DNA from: Octopus vulgaris
Lineage: Eukaryota
Length of the DNA: 64,000 bases
Reading direction: 5' to 3'
Assembly (NCBI GenBank): GCA_951406725.2
Contig: OX597815.1
Location: 12,896,001 to 12,960,000 of the forward strand
Under the pieces are notes generated by a model. It did not search any database, was not told the DNA's origin, and was given only the letters and a program-made list of their open reading frames with translations. Below are positions 13,043 to 27,704 of this stretch, one piece after another. Each line of letters starts with the position of its first letter. Position 1 is the stretch's first letter. Position numbers and translations under genes: made by a program.

Positions 13043-14066
13043 AATAATTGGTTAATGTAAAATTCTTCACCCGTTAACAAAAAAAAAAAAAAAAAAAGCC
13101 TGCTGGGTATTAACAACAATGTAGAAAACGAATATGACTTTCATGATATTTACAAGATCCGATTTTTCAGTCATAACTATCGGGAAAATGAATATATATT
13201 AATTCTTTTTTAACGGAATCCCACGTTTTTTTGTTATGGAGGGTCTGATTCTGAAGTAAAATTCAAAAATCGCATTTTCAAAATTTTAATTCTCCGGCCT
13301 TGGCCTTCAAGCCGGCTTGAAGGCCATGGCCGGAGAATTGAAAGGCCACATGCTAGAAATAACAGCCAAATTTCACAAAACTGCGCTAACATAATGAAAT
13401 AAGTAACCAATCTACTTACCTTTCTGCAAAAATTTCTTTCAAAGTAATTTCCCGCAGTAACATGACAAAGTAGTTCACGTGAAATGAAAGTAGTTTTTTT
13501 TGTTTGTCTTTTTCGAATTTTTTTTTTTCTTTCAAACAATCTACATGGGAAAATACGGGGATTAAGAATATGGAAAAATAAACTCTTCTTCAAATTTAAT
13601 TTCAAATTTTTTATGGAAAACTCCGCCCCCTCCCCCGCCATCCCGCTGTCTAAAAGGGAAAAGGAAAGGTTGTTTTGTCTGTTTCAGCATGCGTTATCGT
13701 GAAACAGTAAAAGGATCACGGCAGTACCCGGTTATTATAAGGGGGTTGGGGGTATATATAGATATACATATGCGTGTGTGTGTGTATTGTTGAAAAATTG
13801 TAATTTTACAAATTGTTTTCAGAATCGGATCCTCCTTAACGAAAAACTTGTGATTCTGTAAAAAAATGAATATATATCCATTTTCCCGAAAATTATGACC
13901 AAAACATCGGATTTTGTGAATTTTCGGAAAGTCCTCTCCCCAACCCATGTTCGTTTGCACAATTGTTTTTTTGTCATGTTCATTTACTACACAGTTGTTA
14001 ACACAGCCGGCTGTTTTGGGGTTGTTTTTTGTTAAGGGTGATGATCTTTATATTAACCGAATAATT
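13043..14066. mobile_element. Non-autonomous foldback/MITE-type DNA element with long imperfect TIRs
   Basis: 13043-13138 is the reverse complement of about 13974-14066, and 13150-13290 of about 13795-13925; no coding capacity seen. Confidence 0.75.
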
Positions 14067-14783
14067 GAAGATGCTTAACAGACTGGTACACTACAACGAA
14101 CAGTAAATTTTAGCTAAATTTATGAACGTTATGTCTTGTCACGGTTGGCCAGAATGGTAAATCACTAAATAAGTTATACATATATCTCTGTAAAACAGGT
14201 TTCGACTCTTGCAGACATCCAAGATGTTTGTAGCTAATTTATTTGGAATTTTTCAATAAATCATGGCAAATGAGAAACTAATTTCAGGTCAGATTTTTTT
14301 CCCCTGCAAAATAAAATCCTCAAACATAGCCTCTGCACCTACTGACTCAGAGTATATGAACACAATAGTTTTAACGATTAACGCACGAAATTAGAAATAA
14401 AAAGCAATAAGTATCATTTGCATACCAAACACTCCATCCCATTGGACACGGAAGAGGAATATCATTCATTATTAGTAAAACGTTGTGTTTAGAAATCTAA
14501 GTAATAAGATTTCGGTGAATTTTTATAAACCAGATCGAACATGAAATACTCGGAGAAATTCAAGATTTAAAAAGAAATCGTGTTCAGAGACTACGTGACC
14601 TCAACAGACATTCATTTTCTATCACAATTTTTTTCGTACAGTACCAGACACAGACCGTTAGCGATATTGAAATAGGTTTTCAATGTTCAACTGAATATAC
14701 GTCTAAATTAAACTGCCGAGTTATTTTCCTGCGAATGACTTGTTTATACATAGGATTATAAATGCAAAGTATATACGTATACG

Positions 14784-15170
14784 TGGAGGCGCAATGGCCC
14801 AGTGGTTAGGGCAACGGACTCGCGTTCATAGGATCGCGGTTTCGATTCCCAGACCGGACGTTGTGAGTGTTTATTGAGCGAAAACACCTAAAGCTCCACG
14901 GGGCTCAGGCAGGGATGGTGGTGATCCCTACTGTATTCTTTCACCACAACTTTCTCTCACTCTTACTTCCTGTTTCTGTTGTACCTGTATTTCAAAGGGC
15001 CGGCCTTGTCACTCTCTGTGTCACGCTGAATATCCCCGAGAACTACGTTAAGGGTACACGTGTTTGTGGAGTGCTCAGCCACTTACACGTTAATTTCACG
15101 TGCAGGCTGTTCCGTTGATTCGGATCAACCGGAACCCTCGTCGTCGTAACCGACGGAGTGCTTTCATCCA
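14784..15170 (+). mobile_element. tRNA-derived SINE, family A
   Basis: Near-identical to 175-557. Confidence 0.9.
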
Positions 15171-15668
15171 ACCATATGTACACATATAGATGAAAAAATG
15201 AAAATGGTAGATACGAAAAATATGGAACGAGTTCTGCTCTTAAAATATAAAATTGAGCCACTAAAATGCAGATGAAATAGATACACTCGCGAAATTAAGA
15301 TTGTTACTGCATTGAAAAAAGTAACTATGGGATATACTATATGGAACTCAATGAACGCAGCAAAACAAGTTATCAAATAATATCATATTATATTTCAAAA
15401 AGAAAAAAAAATACATCAATTCTCTTAAAATAATTCAGGGAAGGGAAGAGATATTTCATTGTATACGCTTGATTAAACAATTTGCGCTAGTTTTCTACTA
15501 GTAATTTACCAATATAAAAAAGGTGTGTGGGGAGAGACTATACACAGGTGCACTTAGTAAATATACGTTTCATTAAATTATTTCCTTTCACGTTGAAATC
15601 TGACAAACAAAAGATCTATTTACAAAACCTCCACAACAATCCACAACGTATATACATATACATACATA

Positions 15669-15717
<49 letters not shown>

Positions 15718-16241
15718 GTGTGTGTGTTTGTGTGTGTTTGTTTGAAACTAAATTAATATTAGGATGCGAAATTTCAAAACGAAACCCTAAAAAATTATAA
15801 ATAATATGCAGCACAATAGATAATTAAGGAATTGTATTAGTCCAGTACAATGATAATCAAAATAATTCAGAGAATTATTCAGAGAATTATAGGACAGAAC
15901 AAAATGAAAATCTGCATCCAAAAAATTTTAAAAAGTGTACTGAAATTGCATATAATGAATTAAATATATGAATTGTGACATATATTTGTGAAGAGGATCA
16001 GGAAGATTTTACAAATTAATTGCAAATTGAAAAATAGAATATTTCGTCTGTTTTCACACACGCGCGCTCGAGCTTACACACAGATATGCTCATTCAAACG
16101 CAAACATATGTATGAATGTATGTGTGTATGTCATGTCATGTATATTCATATATTTATCTTGATCTAATATATGTGTGTCTGTGCGTGTGTGTATGTATAC
16201 ATACACGTATATACAAGAACATACACGCACATAAGTGTGTG

Positions 16242-16275
<34 letters not shown>

Positions 16276-16281
16276 GATACA

Positions 16282-16344
<63 letters not shown>

Positions 16345-16354
16345 AGAGAGAGAG

Positions 16355-16659
16355 TGGACGCGCAATGGCCTCGTGGTTAGGGCAGCGGACTCGCGGTCGT
16401 AGGATCGCGGTTTCGATTCCCAGACCGGGCGTTGTGAGTGTTTATTGAGCGAAAACACGTAAAAGCTCCACGAGGCTCCGGCAGGGGATGGTGGCGATCC
16501 CTGCTGTACTCTTTCGCCACAAATTTCTCTCTCTTTCTTCTGTTGGCCTGCTCGCTTAGCCAGCGGGGTGGCGTTATTTGAAGGCTAAAACAATGCGAAT
16601 CGCATTGTGACCAGCGATGTGTAACAACATCTGATGGCCTGGTCGGTCACGGTGATGAC

Positions 16660-16664
<5 letters not shown>
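16355..16664 (+). mobile_element. tRNA-derived SINE with family A head and a third tail type
   Basis: First ~185 bp match family A, then unrelated tail AAGGCTAAAACAATGCGAATCGCATTGTGACCAGCG...; inserted in (TA)n/(GA)n. Confidence 0.85.
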
Positions 16665-16709
<45 letters not shown>

Positions 16710-16712
<3 letters not shown>

Positions 16713-17035
16713 GAATTTACAAAAAACAAAAGACGAAGACGTGTGTGCAAACAACAAACAGATGTATTAGTTTAACCCTCGGCAAGTGAGAAAGTATTTT
16801 ACGTTTCAAGCGTATGCTCTTCGACAGAAAGGAACTCGGAAATAAATAGGGAGAGAAAATAGAAAAGGTTTTGTGGCTATAGATCGTATCGTGTCGAATG
16901 CTGGACAAAGGGGTTACACATGAGAGCTGGGAAGAAGGGGAGATAAAAAAAGTTGTGGTCATCCCAAAACGAAGGTGCGCGTGGGTATGTGTGAAAAAGT
17001 GTATGTGCATGTGGAAGCGGGCTGGTGATATTGAC

Positions 17036-17067
<32 letters not shown>

Positions 17068-17740
17068 GTGTATGTATAGGTGTGTGGATGATGGTGTAAA
17101 TGTTAGGAAAAGGCCAGTGCTAGTGTTTGCTGGGAGCTGTGATTTGGTGTGGTGTGGGATGGTGTTGTGTGATAGGGTGGTGTGTTGTGTGATGGTGTGG
17201 TGGTGTTGGGGTGGGGGATGCGAGAGTGGGGAAGCAAGGGTGGTTCTAAGGGATGGGGTGGGCTATGATGTTATATAAAGGGATGGTGGGGTTAGAATGT
17301 GTAAGGGTGGGCTAACGATGGAGGGGTTGACGATGAAGGGAGTGGAATGTAGACGGTGGGTAGGAGTAAATGTGGATAGGAAGTAGGTGTCAAAGCAAGA
17401 GAAGAGAGGTGGGTGGGAGGAAATAGGTGTGGGAGGAAGGTAGGAAAGAGGAGAAGGGTTAGATGAAGAGGGGAGGCTAGTTGAACCCACGTAGAGCAAA
17501 GAAGCGAAGAGATAAGATTAATCCCTGCTCACGGTGAAGACGGAAGTCCGGATGGGCCCTGTGCATCGACAATCCAAACGAAGAGAGGTGTTGTAAAGAA
17601 TGAACGGTAGAGAGAAAATGGCGCGAGACCGGGGTTTCGTTGCCGAGTCTGATGTCTCGGAGGTGTTCCGCGAACCGGTCAGCCAAGCAGCGTCCTGTTC
17701 GACTGATGTATAGATAATGACAGAGGGAGAGAGCAGGAGA
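16710..17740 (-). mobile_element. 3' fragment of a Penelope-like element (GIY-YIG C-terminus, 3' UTR, pseudo-LTR)
   Basis: Endonuclease remnant followed by a pyrimidine-rich UTR and a pLTR shared with 20277, 27424 and 27705. Confidence 0.85.
17477..17735 (-). pseudogene. Penelope GIY-YIG endonuclease C-terminal remnant
   Basis: LYISRTGRCLADRFAEHLRDIR..ETPVSRHF...HS...REQGLILSL..ALRGFN, typical of PLE YIGETGRxLxxRFxEH...PxGLN. Confidence 0.85.
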
Positions 17741-17984
17741 TGCAGTAGATGACGTTGCTAGAAGTGTAAGTGAAGGAGTCAGTGATATGATAGGGTCGAT
17801 GATGGGTGCATGTGAACTTGGTGAAGCATCGGCCTCTGTAGTCAGTTGAATGGGTTGTTCTTGTGAATGTTGTTTCTCTTTATTTCTTTCTGTTTTGTTG
17901 CTTTTTGTAATTATGGTTGTGGTTGAATGAGCGTGCATTGCATTTCTTGTCGGTGTTTTTAATGTTGTTGATCGATTAGTTGAT

Positions 17985-18535
17985 AAGAATCAGAATATGT
18001 CCTGATTGAGTATTAAGCAGTGGTGTTCATGGCTTCTGATCTTAACTGATTGGAAGTGTTATCATGTACATTGTTTTGTCTTGGTATAAAATATGGGCTA
18101 CAGCAAATATTCTACTCAATGCCACAGATTTGATTGTCAGTTGTTTGACCATAACCAGTTGAGCATGTCCCTTACTGGCTGACGATATGAGGGAGCATCA
18201 TAGCCACGTGTTGAGAGTGATTATGTGGCATTTGAATAATTCACCTCTGGAAACATGGGTGTTTCATTCAACATTTTAAATGACCCTTATTCAGGGACCT
18301 TTTGAGCGGGATGGGTTACTCGACCAGAAGAGAATTCTAACTGGGCCCCACCTGCAAAGTCATGTGCTGTTTATCTTGATAGGAGATCACTATGTCACGC
18401 ACATATGGTTGTGATGCATGTGCCTAGTGTACCCTTATTAGACGGGTAGTCATGATGGGTATACTGGGCTTCGTATATTTTACCCTAGTGTCACTTTGAT
18501 GGCATACACTGCTCTCTCATTCAATAATAATAATA
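17985..18535 (+). mobile_element. Probable non-LTR retrotransposon 3' UTR fragment ending in (AAT)n
   Basis: GC-elevated non-coding block ending in CAATAATAATAATAAC; resembles a common cephalopod repeat (from recall only). Confidence 0.45.
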
Positions 18536-18890
18536 ACAGAGATAATAATAATCTACTACTGTATATTAAATACTGGGGTGAGTGACATTCTAGTAGACAC
18601 TTAAACACCTTGGCTAACACCGTCATTGTCATAAATCGACTAATCATTTAACAACCTCTGGTTCAAGGGGTATATGGGACTTCACTGATGCAATTTGCAA
18701 TATCTATGGCTGGAGAAGACATGATTTCCTCTGATTAGCATATTGAAAACCAGACACCATCGTGTATTTATGTCAGTAACTGATACTTTGTAAATATATA
18801 CCACATTTCTACATTTCTGAAAGGAGTATGGGATGCGAGATAGAAAGAGTCATCGGATTGTGTGTGTTTGCTGCATAACTATTAATGCTG

Positions 18891-18945
<55 letters not shown>

Positions 18946-18979
18946 TATCATATATATAAGTATGGGTGCGAGAGGTGCT

Positions 18980-19024
<45 letters not shown>

Positions 19025-19084
19025 CAGTCTGTCTGTGTGTATTTGTGTGTTCGTGCCTGGGTTTATGCTTGTATGAATGTATGC

Positions 19085-19121
<37 letters not shown>

Positions 19122-19185
19122 AATTCCTACATACTTATACATTGGTGCATATGTATACACACACACACAAACCCACACACACACA

Positions 19186-19240
<55 letters not shown>

Positions 19241-20039
19241 GCATATCTATGTATCTATATACACATCTATATCCACAAATACATAACATATACACATTCA
19301 GAAGAGATAGGGATAGATATATAAATAGATAGTATAGATAGATAGAGAGAGAGGGAGAAATAGAGAGAGAAATAAAGCAAGAGGATGGCGACTGTGGGAA
19401 CAGGCAAGACGCTAAACAATGCTTGGGACAGAAATATGTAAATGTAGATTGTATATTAATTTTTGGTGTTGCTTGCATCTCAATAATACACAACACGTGT
19501 TCTTGAAGGCTGCTAAATTTACCTGATACAGGTTGGTCCAGTGAGTTTAGCATTGATTTCTCTGCTCTGATATTCACTTGTACTCAGACTCACCGTCTTT
19601 TGTTGTTACAATGACGGCAGCTAATTGTCTCGCATACAATATTCCGTATAGTAATCTCCTTTCCTGTACTTGGCATTTGCTGTTATACATAAAGAATAGC
19701 ATGGACACGTATATGAGTGTGTAAACTTAATCTTTGTAAATCCGAGTAAATGACATGCATACATCTATATCAACATCTGTACATTGTTATGCATGTATGT
19801 ATGAATGTATGTATGTATGTATGTATAAAAGTATGAGCGAATGTACATTTGCCTCTATATAAGTTTGTATGTAACAAGTTATTAAGGTGAACTACTTACT
19901 CAGAAATGCAGCCATGCAGTTTCGCAACGCACATATACATAGACAAATATACACAAACACACATACACACTCACGTATACATATATTTGTGTACATATGT
20001 GTGTGATGTACATTTGCACATATAAACACATATATGTAC

Positions 20040-20450
<411 letters not shown>

Positions 20451-21776
20451 GAGTGGCTACCGGCAGGTATATACGTATTTGTGTCTGTATGTATACTCAC
20501 GATCCTAAAACACGATTATGCTTATATAATAAGATTTAAGACAAATATATATGTAGAAATATGAGTGTAAATGAAATGTTTTTTTTTAAAATTTTGATGC
20601 ATATTATTACTATTTAATAACATCGCTATTTATTTCGACTGAAATTATAATACTCACTTTAAAATATGAAAATAAACTTCATGTACGTTTGTGAAGGATA
20701 GTCAAAATCAAGATGTCTGATAGCTATAGTTATTTTCTGTTCGACAAACCTATATTCACTAAGTATTAGCTGTCATGACTTGACATTTCATTAAAACTGA
20801 GATATAACGAAAAGATCGGAAGGAGTCATTTCCGGCTTTGACGCGCCAAAACGAAGACATTTGTGATATACCTCCAAATATAATTGATAGAACAGTATGC
20901 ATGTTATCTTTCATGTGGATGTCTTGTGTACAATTCTGCAAATTATATTTTCTATGACGGTTGCACTGATGAATTGCGGACATTTACGTATGTATATATG
21001 TAAACGGTAACACTGAAACCTGGTATGTGATTAATCATTATCTTTTGTATCTTTTCATTTGTCTTGCTCGTTTACGTTCGAGCGTTTGTCGAATTTTCTT
21101 GGGAAAATTTTTTTCTTAGTGGTCAGACCATATGGGTTCTATATTTAGCATATCGGATGTCCACTTAGTGGTCATCCCTCTTATATGTATGTAATATAAT
21201 TTTTCTGAATCCAGATTTTGTCTATATACTAGGCAACTGGTTTAAATTGATATTAATCAAATTAATATCAATGTTTTATCCTTCTCTCTCGCACGTACAC
21301 ACACATAATTCTGCCCCATGGGATTTAAAATTAATTGAACTTGATTAATTAAGAACTCTACGAAATTTTAATCACATGGACCCGAATCAAACTCTTTTAA
21401 ATAATAACATATGTAATTCATGCTAAATATGCTGAGGGCGTCTTTCTTTGAACCAGAATTGATACATGTTGATGCACTCCCGCGTGTGTATCTTTTTAGA
21501 TCTTTGTACCTGCTTCAGCAACTTGCAGTCGCATTGAATAACTTTTAGTAGAATGAATCGACGTCATTGCTTATTTCTAAGGATGCTTCAGCGATTACCT
21601 AAGAATAAAAGCGTATTAAATATAACATGAGCTATACTGATCCCGTAAAATATTACAGTTGAACTCTTAAATTACAAACGATTCACATTAGGGGTGGTGT
21701 GTTGAGTTATCCCTATGATTATAAAAAGTAAGTAAAAAAAAACGACATTTATATTATTGGTAAACTCTTCTAATCA

Positions 21777-22162
21777 TCTCTCTATATATAAACGGCAATT
21801 TGTCTGTGCGTGTTTCTGTGTGTCTGTTTTCTCGTACCCTCACCCTGACCACGGCTTTCAACCGATTCTGATGAAACTTGACACACACATAGCCCAATGT
21901 CATAATTCAAAACTAACGCAGCCAAAATTTTGAAAAGTTTCCCCAGTTCTGAAAAAAATCGATAAATTCGACATGGGGTCGAGAATCAGAAACACGAACC
22001 ACAAACTGTCTAGGGGACGCAACTCCATCCTTTTTTAACTCTCAAAAAAAAATTTACCATAATTCTTTTCCATTTTTTTGCTATTTTTTGGCTATAACTC
22101 TCTAAAAATGCTTTATAGTTAATTCCCTTACAAACCTGAGCAACGCCGGGCGATACTGCTAG
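21777..22162 (+). mobile_element. Non-autonomous Helitron
   Basis: Starts A|TCTCTCTATATATAAA; subterminal imperfect hairpin CCTGAGCAACGCCGGG; ends CTAG|T; inserted between A and T with no TSD. Confidence 0.85.
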
Positions 22163-23147
22163 TCTTACATATAATGAGTAAGTCCATATCCTCATGATAC
22201 ACCTTAGCGCAAAGATAATTAGGAAGAAAGAATGATTATTACAACATCCAGATAAAATTCGTATAAACGCTGAAAAATTATCTGCGTGCAATTGGAATGA
22301 AAACATCGGTTATTTATGTAAACTAGTTGAATTTGTGAATATTCCACGGACGAGGCATCCATTATAACATTCTTATATTTTACCATTAATAAAATTTCCG
22401 CTGCTTGAATATATGCCATAGTGAAAGAATTAGTTCAGCAAAGAACAGCAGGTGAAATGCAACAATAGTTTCTGGTGCGTATATTACAGTAATATAAATT
22501 CGCTTCGTAGTTTATAGTGAAAATTGCTGATGATGAAATTTCACGCACTTTTTTTCTATTCAACAAAGACCTAAGTACCGCCACTCATAATAAAATGCAT
22601 TCCTATGCAGATTATATCACTTCCTTTTGTCTAATTTGTTGGTCCCAGATATCAACTACACGTACCATAAATACTTCACGCCACACTTATACTATCTCCA
22701 TAGGACAGTCCTCAGAAACATCCTTCAAGCGCTGATGTCATTCTAGGTTTTTGTACAGCATGAACACACAGTCACTGCATATCACCAAGCTTTTATCCCA
22801 CTTCGTCCTAAACATAAAATGCACGCAAATACCTTTTTGATCTCAGCTTCACGAAGGGACTTTCATAGGGATACTACAACTTTAACATATCAAACTTGAA
22901 TTACACAAACTTGTTTCTCTTCAGATGGAGAGTATAAATCAAACCACATTAACCAACGTTTTAGAGAAATCATTTCGAGCGCTAATTATACGCCTAGGAT
23001 GCTGTTGCTGCTGCTGCTATAGATAGACATTTCCTAGATCGCATCCACAGAGCAGCAAATCTATAGAATTGGCTTCGTTTCATTTAAGCGTTTGTCCCAC
23101 AGACTTGTTCATTCCTCTCTCACTCTCACTCTCTCTCTTTTTATCTA

Positions 23148-23181
<34 letters not shown>

Positions 23182-23716
23182 CCTCTCTCTCTCTCTCTCT
23201 GCCTTTGAAAGTGCAAGTAAAATGTTATCCGTTCCCCTAAAAAATTGTTGTTTTCCAATTCCAACGATTACCCTAGACTTCTCCTGCCTTTTTGTGGCCC
23301 AAACTGCGTCCATTTTAATATTATAACCAGTACAAAGTGTTAAATTCAACGATCTCTCTCCAGGTGTATCGTTCAAATGGATTTCTTCTCCGTGTGTGTC
23401 TTCACTGTGGTTATTGATCAACAACCATTCAAGAGGTGGATCAAAATCTATTAGCAGATTAGAGGGGAAATTTTCCAAACATTATCCATCCAATCCTTTA
23501 CTCAAGATTAAGCTGCAAATAAATATTGTAAGTTGCTTGCTTCGTAACTCATCTCTTAGTACAACTCTCACTTGTCACCCTATTTTGACACAAAGGATAC
23601 GTACAAGACATAATACACAAACCTTCCAGCACATTCAGTACTCTGACAATTATTTATCGGCACCGATTTTCGCGCAACAATTTATTTTGAGCCGTATTTC
23701 ACACTATTATGACATA

Positions 23717-23817
<101 letters not shown>

Positions 23818-23884
23818 ATGTATGTATGTATATGTATGTATGTATATGTATGTATGTATGTATATGTATGTATGTATGTGTAAG

Positions 23885-24330
23885 TGATATGCGTGGCTAA
23901 CTCGCAATTTTACAACCAAAAGGCTACACTGATAAACTGATAAAGGGCACTGAACAATACCAGTATTGCTAGAAATAATAGTCAAAACAACTCAATAGCC
24001 ACCAAATCATTATCTGAATGACTGACAAAGACGACAAGCTCCCTGCGGTCGCAGATGATTCCACCCTTTGATGCTTAACGCATATTAATGATCATCGGTG
24101 GCTCTCACTGCGACTAGGGTTAAACTCAGCTCGCCTTGTCAGCTTATAAGATTTCCGTTGAACTCATATGCCGATCTGTTAAACGGTATAAGTGGAAATT
24201 TTAAATAATATGGGTGGCTAATACGCAATTTTATAACCTAAAGTTAGAAATATATACTTCACTAAAATGACAAGGGGCACTAATGAGCACCAGTATTGCT
24301 AGAAATAAGAGTCAATACACCTCAATATAT
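23885..24330. repeat. Two diverged ~115-bp direct repeats (possible PLE pseudo-LTR pair)
   Basis: GTGGCTAA..CGCAATTTTA...GGGCACT...CCAGTATTGCTAGAAATAA.AGTCAA at about 23890 and about 24213. Confidence 0.65.
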
Positions 24331-25034
24331 ATTTCACTAGTATTAATTTTTTTCTTTCAATTTAGATAAATCAAAAAACTTAAAAAGTTATTTTGTACTC
24401 TACAGTAGATCCGTACATCTCTTTCCAAGTAAGGTAATAATCAGAGTACAAATCAAGTACGTGTGATCTTTCTATAGAATTAATATGCTAGTTTTGTTTA
24501 AGGGAGAGTAGAGTATGACTTCGAATTAATATTAATACAGATCAATATGACTTCGAATACCTTATTAATATAGATCAACCTGATTTAATTTCACATTTTA
24601 CACTCTACCACGCAATGCTTTCGTATGCCGAAGATGCCGAAATTTATCCAATGACTTAGAAGGATATTTAAGGAAATTATGTGAAATACTTGATAATATG
24701 CAGATGTTAGTGGATAGATAAACTTAGTCTGTTTAAATCTGATGGTTGTTGTTAAAAGGGATAACCTTAATCCAAACAAAACTGCTGACAAGCACGGAAG
24801 GATGCCAAATGTGTATACGTGTACAAACATGATATCAGCAAGGTAAATTTTCAAAAATAAACATAAGATCTCAATTATGTGCCTGCACAAATTGTTTGGA
24901 GATCGATTACTACAAGAATAATCTGTTTTGTGTTTCATGATTACAAGCAATACATTTAGATGTCATGAAAATAGCACAAGCTATTAAAGGGGAGATATAT
25001 GAAAGGAAGATATTGAAGCGTGTATTATAATACA

Positions 25035-25350
25035 TGGAGGCGCAACGGCCCAGTGGTTAGGGCAGCCGCCTCGCGGTTGGAGGATCGCGGTTTCAATTTC
25101 CTGACTGGATGTCGTGTGTGTTTATTGAGCGAAAACACCTAAAGCTCCACGAAGCTCCGGCAAGGGGTGGTGGCAAACCCCTGTTGTACTCTTTCGCCCC
25201 AACTTTCTCTCACTGTGTCTTGCAGTTTCTTGAGTAATGCTGCGATGAACTGCTGTCCTGTCCAGCTCGGGGTGGGGACACATACGCCACAGAACCCGGG
25301 AAACCGGGCCCATGAGACAGGCTAGGCTTGAAAAGGGCGCATAAATAAAT
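25035..25350 (+). mobile_element. tRNA-derived SINE, family A head with a B-like tail variant
   Basis: TSD TATTATAATACAT (about 25023-25035 / 25350-25362); tail GCGATGAACTG..GTCC.GTCCAG...GGAAACCGGGCCC. Confidence 0.85.
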
Positions 25351-25949
25351 ATTATAATACATATGCAAATTACAGATAAATTTGCATATTTAAAGTGGGT
25401 CAGTAATTTGTAGAGACAGTATATAATTTAGATTTCTACACAATTCCCACCTATTTTCGCTCATATTATGTTCGTCAATAAACCTCTGTGATTTAAGTCC
25501 AAATACTACGAGGAGGGCTCCCGCTTTATTGAAAAGAAGAAAACATTAAGGAAATTCACATGCGTCTATAAACAGAGATAAAAATATACACTCGTATATA
25601 GCCCCATGAAGACATTAATCACCATGACTAACAGTTAATTGCCAGGAAACTGAAACAGTTTTTATGATTTTAATAGTTCTTGATATTTGCACACTTGAAG
25701 GCGGCAAGCTGTGTAAAATCCTTAGGAAGCCGGTCAAAATCTTCAGTGGCGTCATCCGTTCAAACTCTCATCCTTTTAGAGTGGATAAATATGTATAAGT
25801 GGAGCTTTGCGGTCGATAAAATAAGTACCAGAGGATCACTGGTGTCTATGTAATGCCTGTCCAGAAACTGCTGTCTATGTGCCAAAATCGTCAGCGGTAT
25901 TTGCGCAGTTTCAGTAAATGATCTCGGTGAATGCAAAATGTGTTAAATA

Positions 25950-26184
25950 TATATTTCTTTATTACCCACAAGGGGCTAAACACAGAGGGGACAAACACGG
26001 ACAGACAGACGGATTCAGTCGATTATATCGACCACAGTGCGTAACTGGTACTTACTTTATCGACCCCGAAATGATGAAAGGCAATGTTGACTTCGACGGA
26101 ATTTGAACTCAGAAGGTGACGGCAGACGAAATACGGCTACGCATTTCACCCGGCGTGCTAACGTCTCTGCCAGCTCGCCGCCTT
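25950..26184 (-). mobile_element. SINE family M monomer
   Basis: Reverse complement of the 12175 unit. Confidence 0.85.
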
Positions 26185-26669
26185 CAAACGGGTTAAGTAT
26201 ATCGATAGCTTGAGACTAACAAAGAGATATAAATGCTTATACATCATATGTATTATTCTTTTCTTAAATAAATAGCAGTGCTTTTTAAATTGTGACAATA
26301 CTACTTAAGAAATAAGCTTCATTAATTATGCATTTAGAATAAGAAAATAGATGCTTTACCTTCTTTAGAATTACTTAACAGCACGAAAAATGAATTATAT
26401 TTAAAATATTAACGCTTTACATTGAATATTAGGAAATTATCTGTTCATATTTTCTAGAATTTATGTAAGGAAATCAATGTCGTTTTAAAGGCAGATATGT
26501 GAGTAAGTGTATTTATATACAGGTGTGTGCGTGTCTGTCTGTTTGTATAAATATGTGTATTTGTATACGATATTTATACGTTTATTCATATACGTGTTTA
26601 TATGTACGTATACCAATATATTTATACCCACCGACACACAAGTACTTGAACATATATATATATATATAT

Positions 26670-26870
26670 ATGAGAGGTAATGAATTCCACAGAAGATACT
26701 CCCAGCATATGCACTCGTTCAGATCCAGAGACAGAGAGAACTCTACTTCCCTGTCTCATTTTCTCTAAAATTTCCGTGACCTCCAAGACCAAACACCCAG
26801 TATCAAGAGGACTATTCACCTGCGATCCCAACTGCCAGCTCTATCTCCGCGAAAAAAACTGCATATCCTC
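26670..26870 (+). pseudogene. Second, distinct Penelope-type GIY-YIG C-terminal remnant
   Basis: EFHRRYSQHMHSFRSRDRENSTSLSHF...CQLYLREKNCI resembles FKxRYxxHxxSF....STxLSxxIW...CxLCLxEKxxI. Confidence 0.7.
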
Positions 26871-27332
26871 TACCAACCGCAGTATCCATCAACGCGTATA
26901 TACATATGCATATAGGAATGAATACGTATGTGTGCGTGTATGTGTGCATGTGTGTTCATGCGTGTGTGAGCGCGTGTATGTGTGTGTGCGAGCGCGCCCG
27001 TGTGTGTATGTGTGAGTGTGTGGGTTCCCGCGTGTACATCCGTGTACACATTAACGGCAGATGAAATACGGCTACGCATTTTGTCCGGCGTGTTAACTTT
27101 TCTGCCAGCTCGCCGACATCAAACCACGACGCTGCGTGACATTGCTCGACCAATCTCAGACCATCTTACGGTAATAAGAATCAAGTTTTGTTATTCATAT
27201 TCAAATTGGCTGAACACTAGCATCGCATAAGAAAATCAAGTGTAATAACGAATATGAATCAAACTGTTTTATCCATACATGAAACTTCCAATAAATTTGT
27301 TGAGTGCCTTTATTTCAATTGTCTATTCACAC

Positions 27333-27423
<91 letters not shown>

Positions 27424-27429
<6 letters not shown>

Positions 27430-27550
27430 ATTCACAAAAAAACATAAGACGAAACAGGTGGTGTAGACAACAAACAAATACATCGTTTTAACGCTCGGGA
27501 AGTGAAAAGTCTTTAACGTTTCGAGCCTACTTTCCTCCACAGAAAGGAAC
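27424..27550 (-). mobile_element. Solo Penelope pseudo-LTR
   Basis: Homologous to 16710 and 20277; abuts (TA)n(GA)n. Confidence 0.75.
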
Positions 27551-27704
27551 ATATATATATAATTCTTCTAAATTTAATTATTTAATCGTTACAGTTGAAA
27601 ATGTCTCAAATGACTGAAACCGGTACTGAAATGTTCTTTATAAAATTATTTTAGCATTTTCTATCTTGACTTGTTTTTTCATATATATATATATATATAT
27701 AGTT

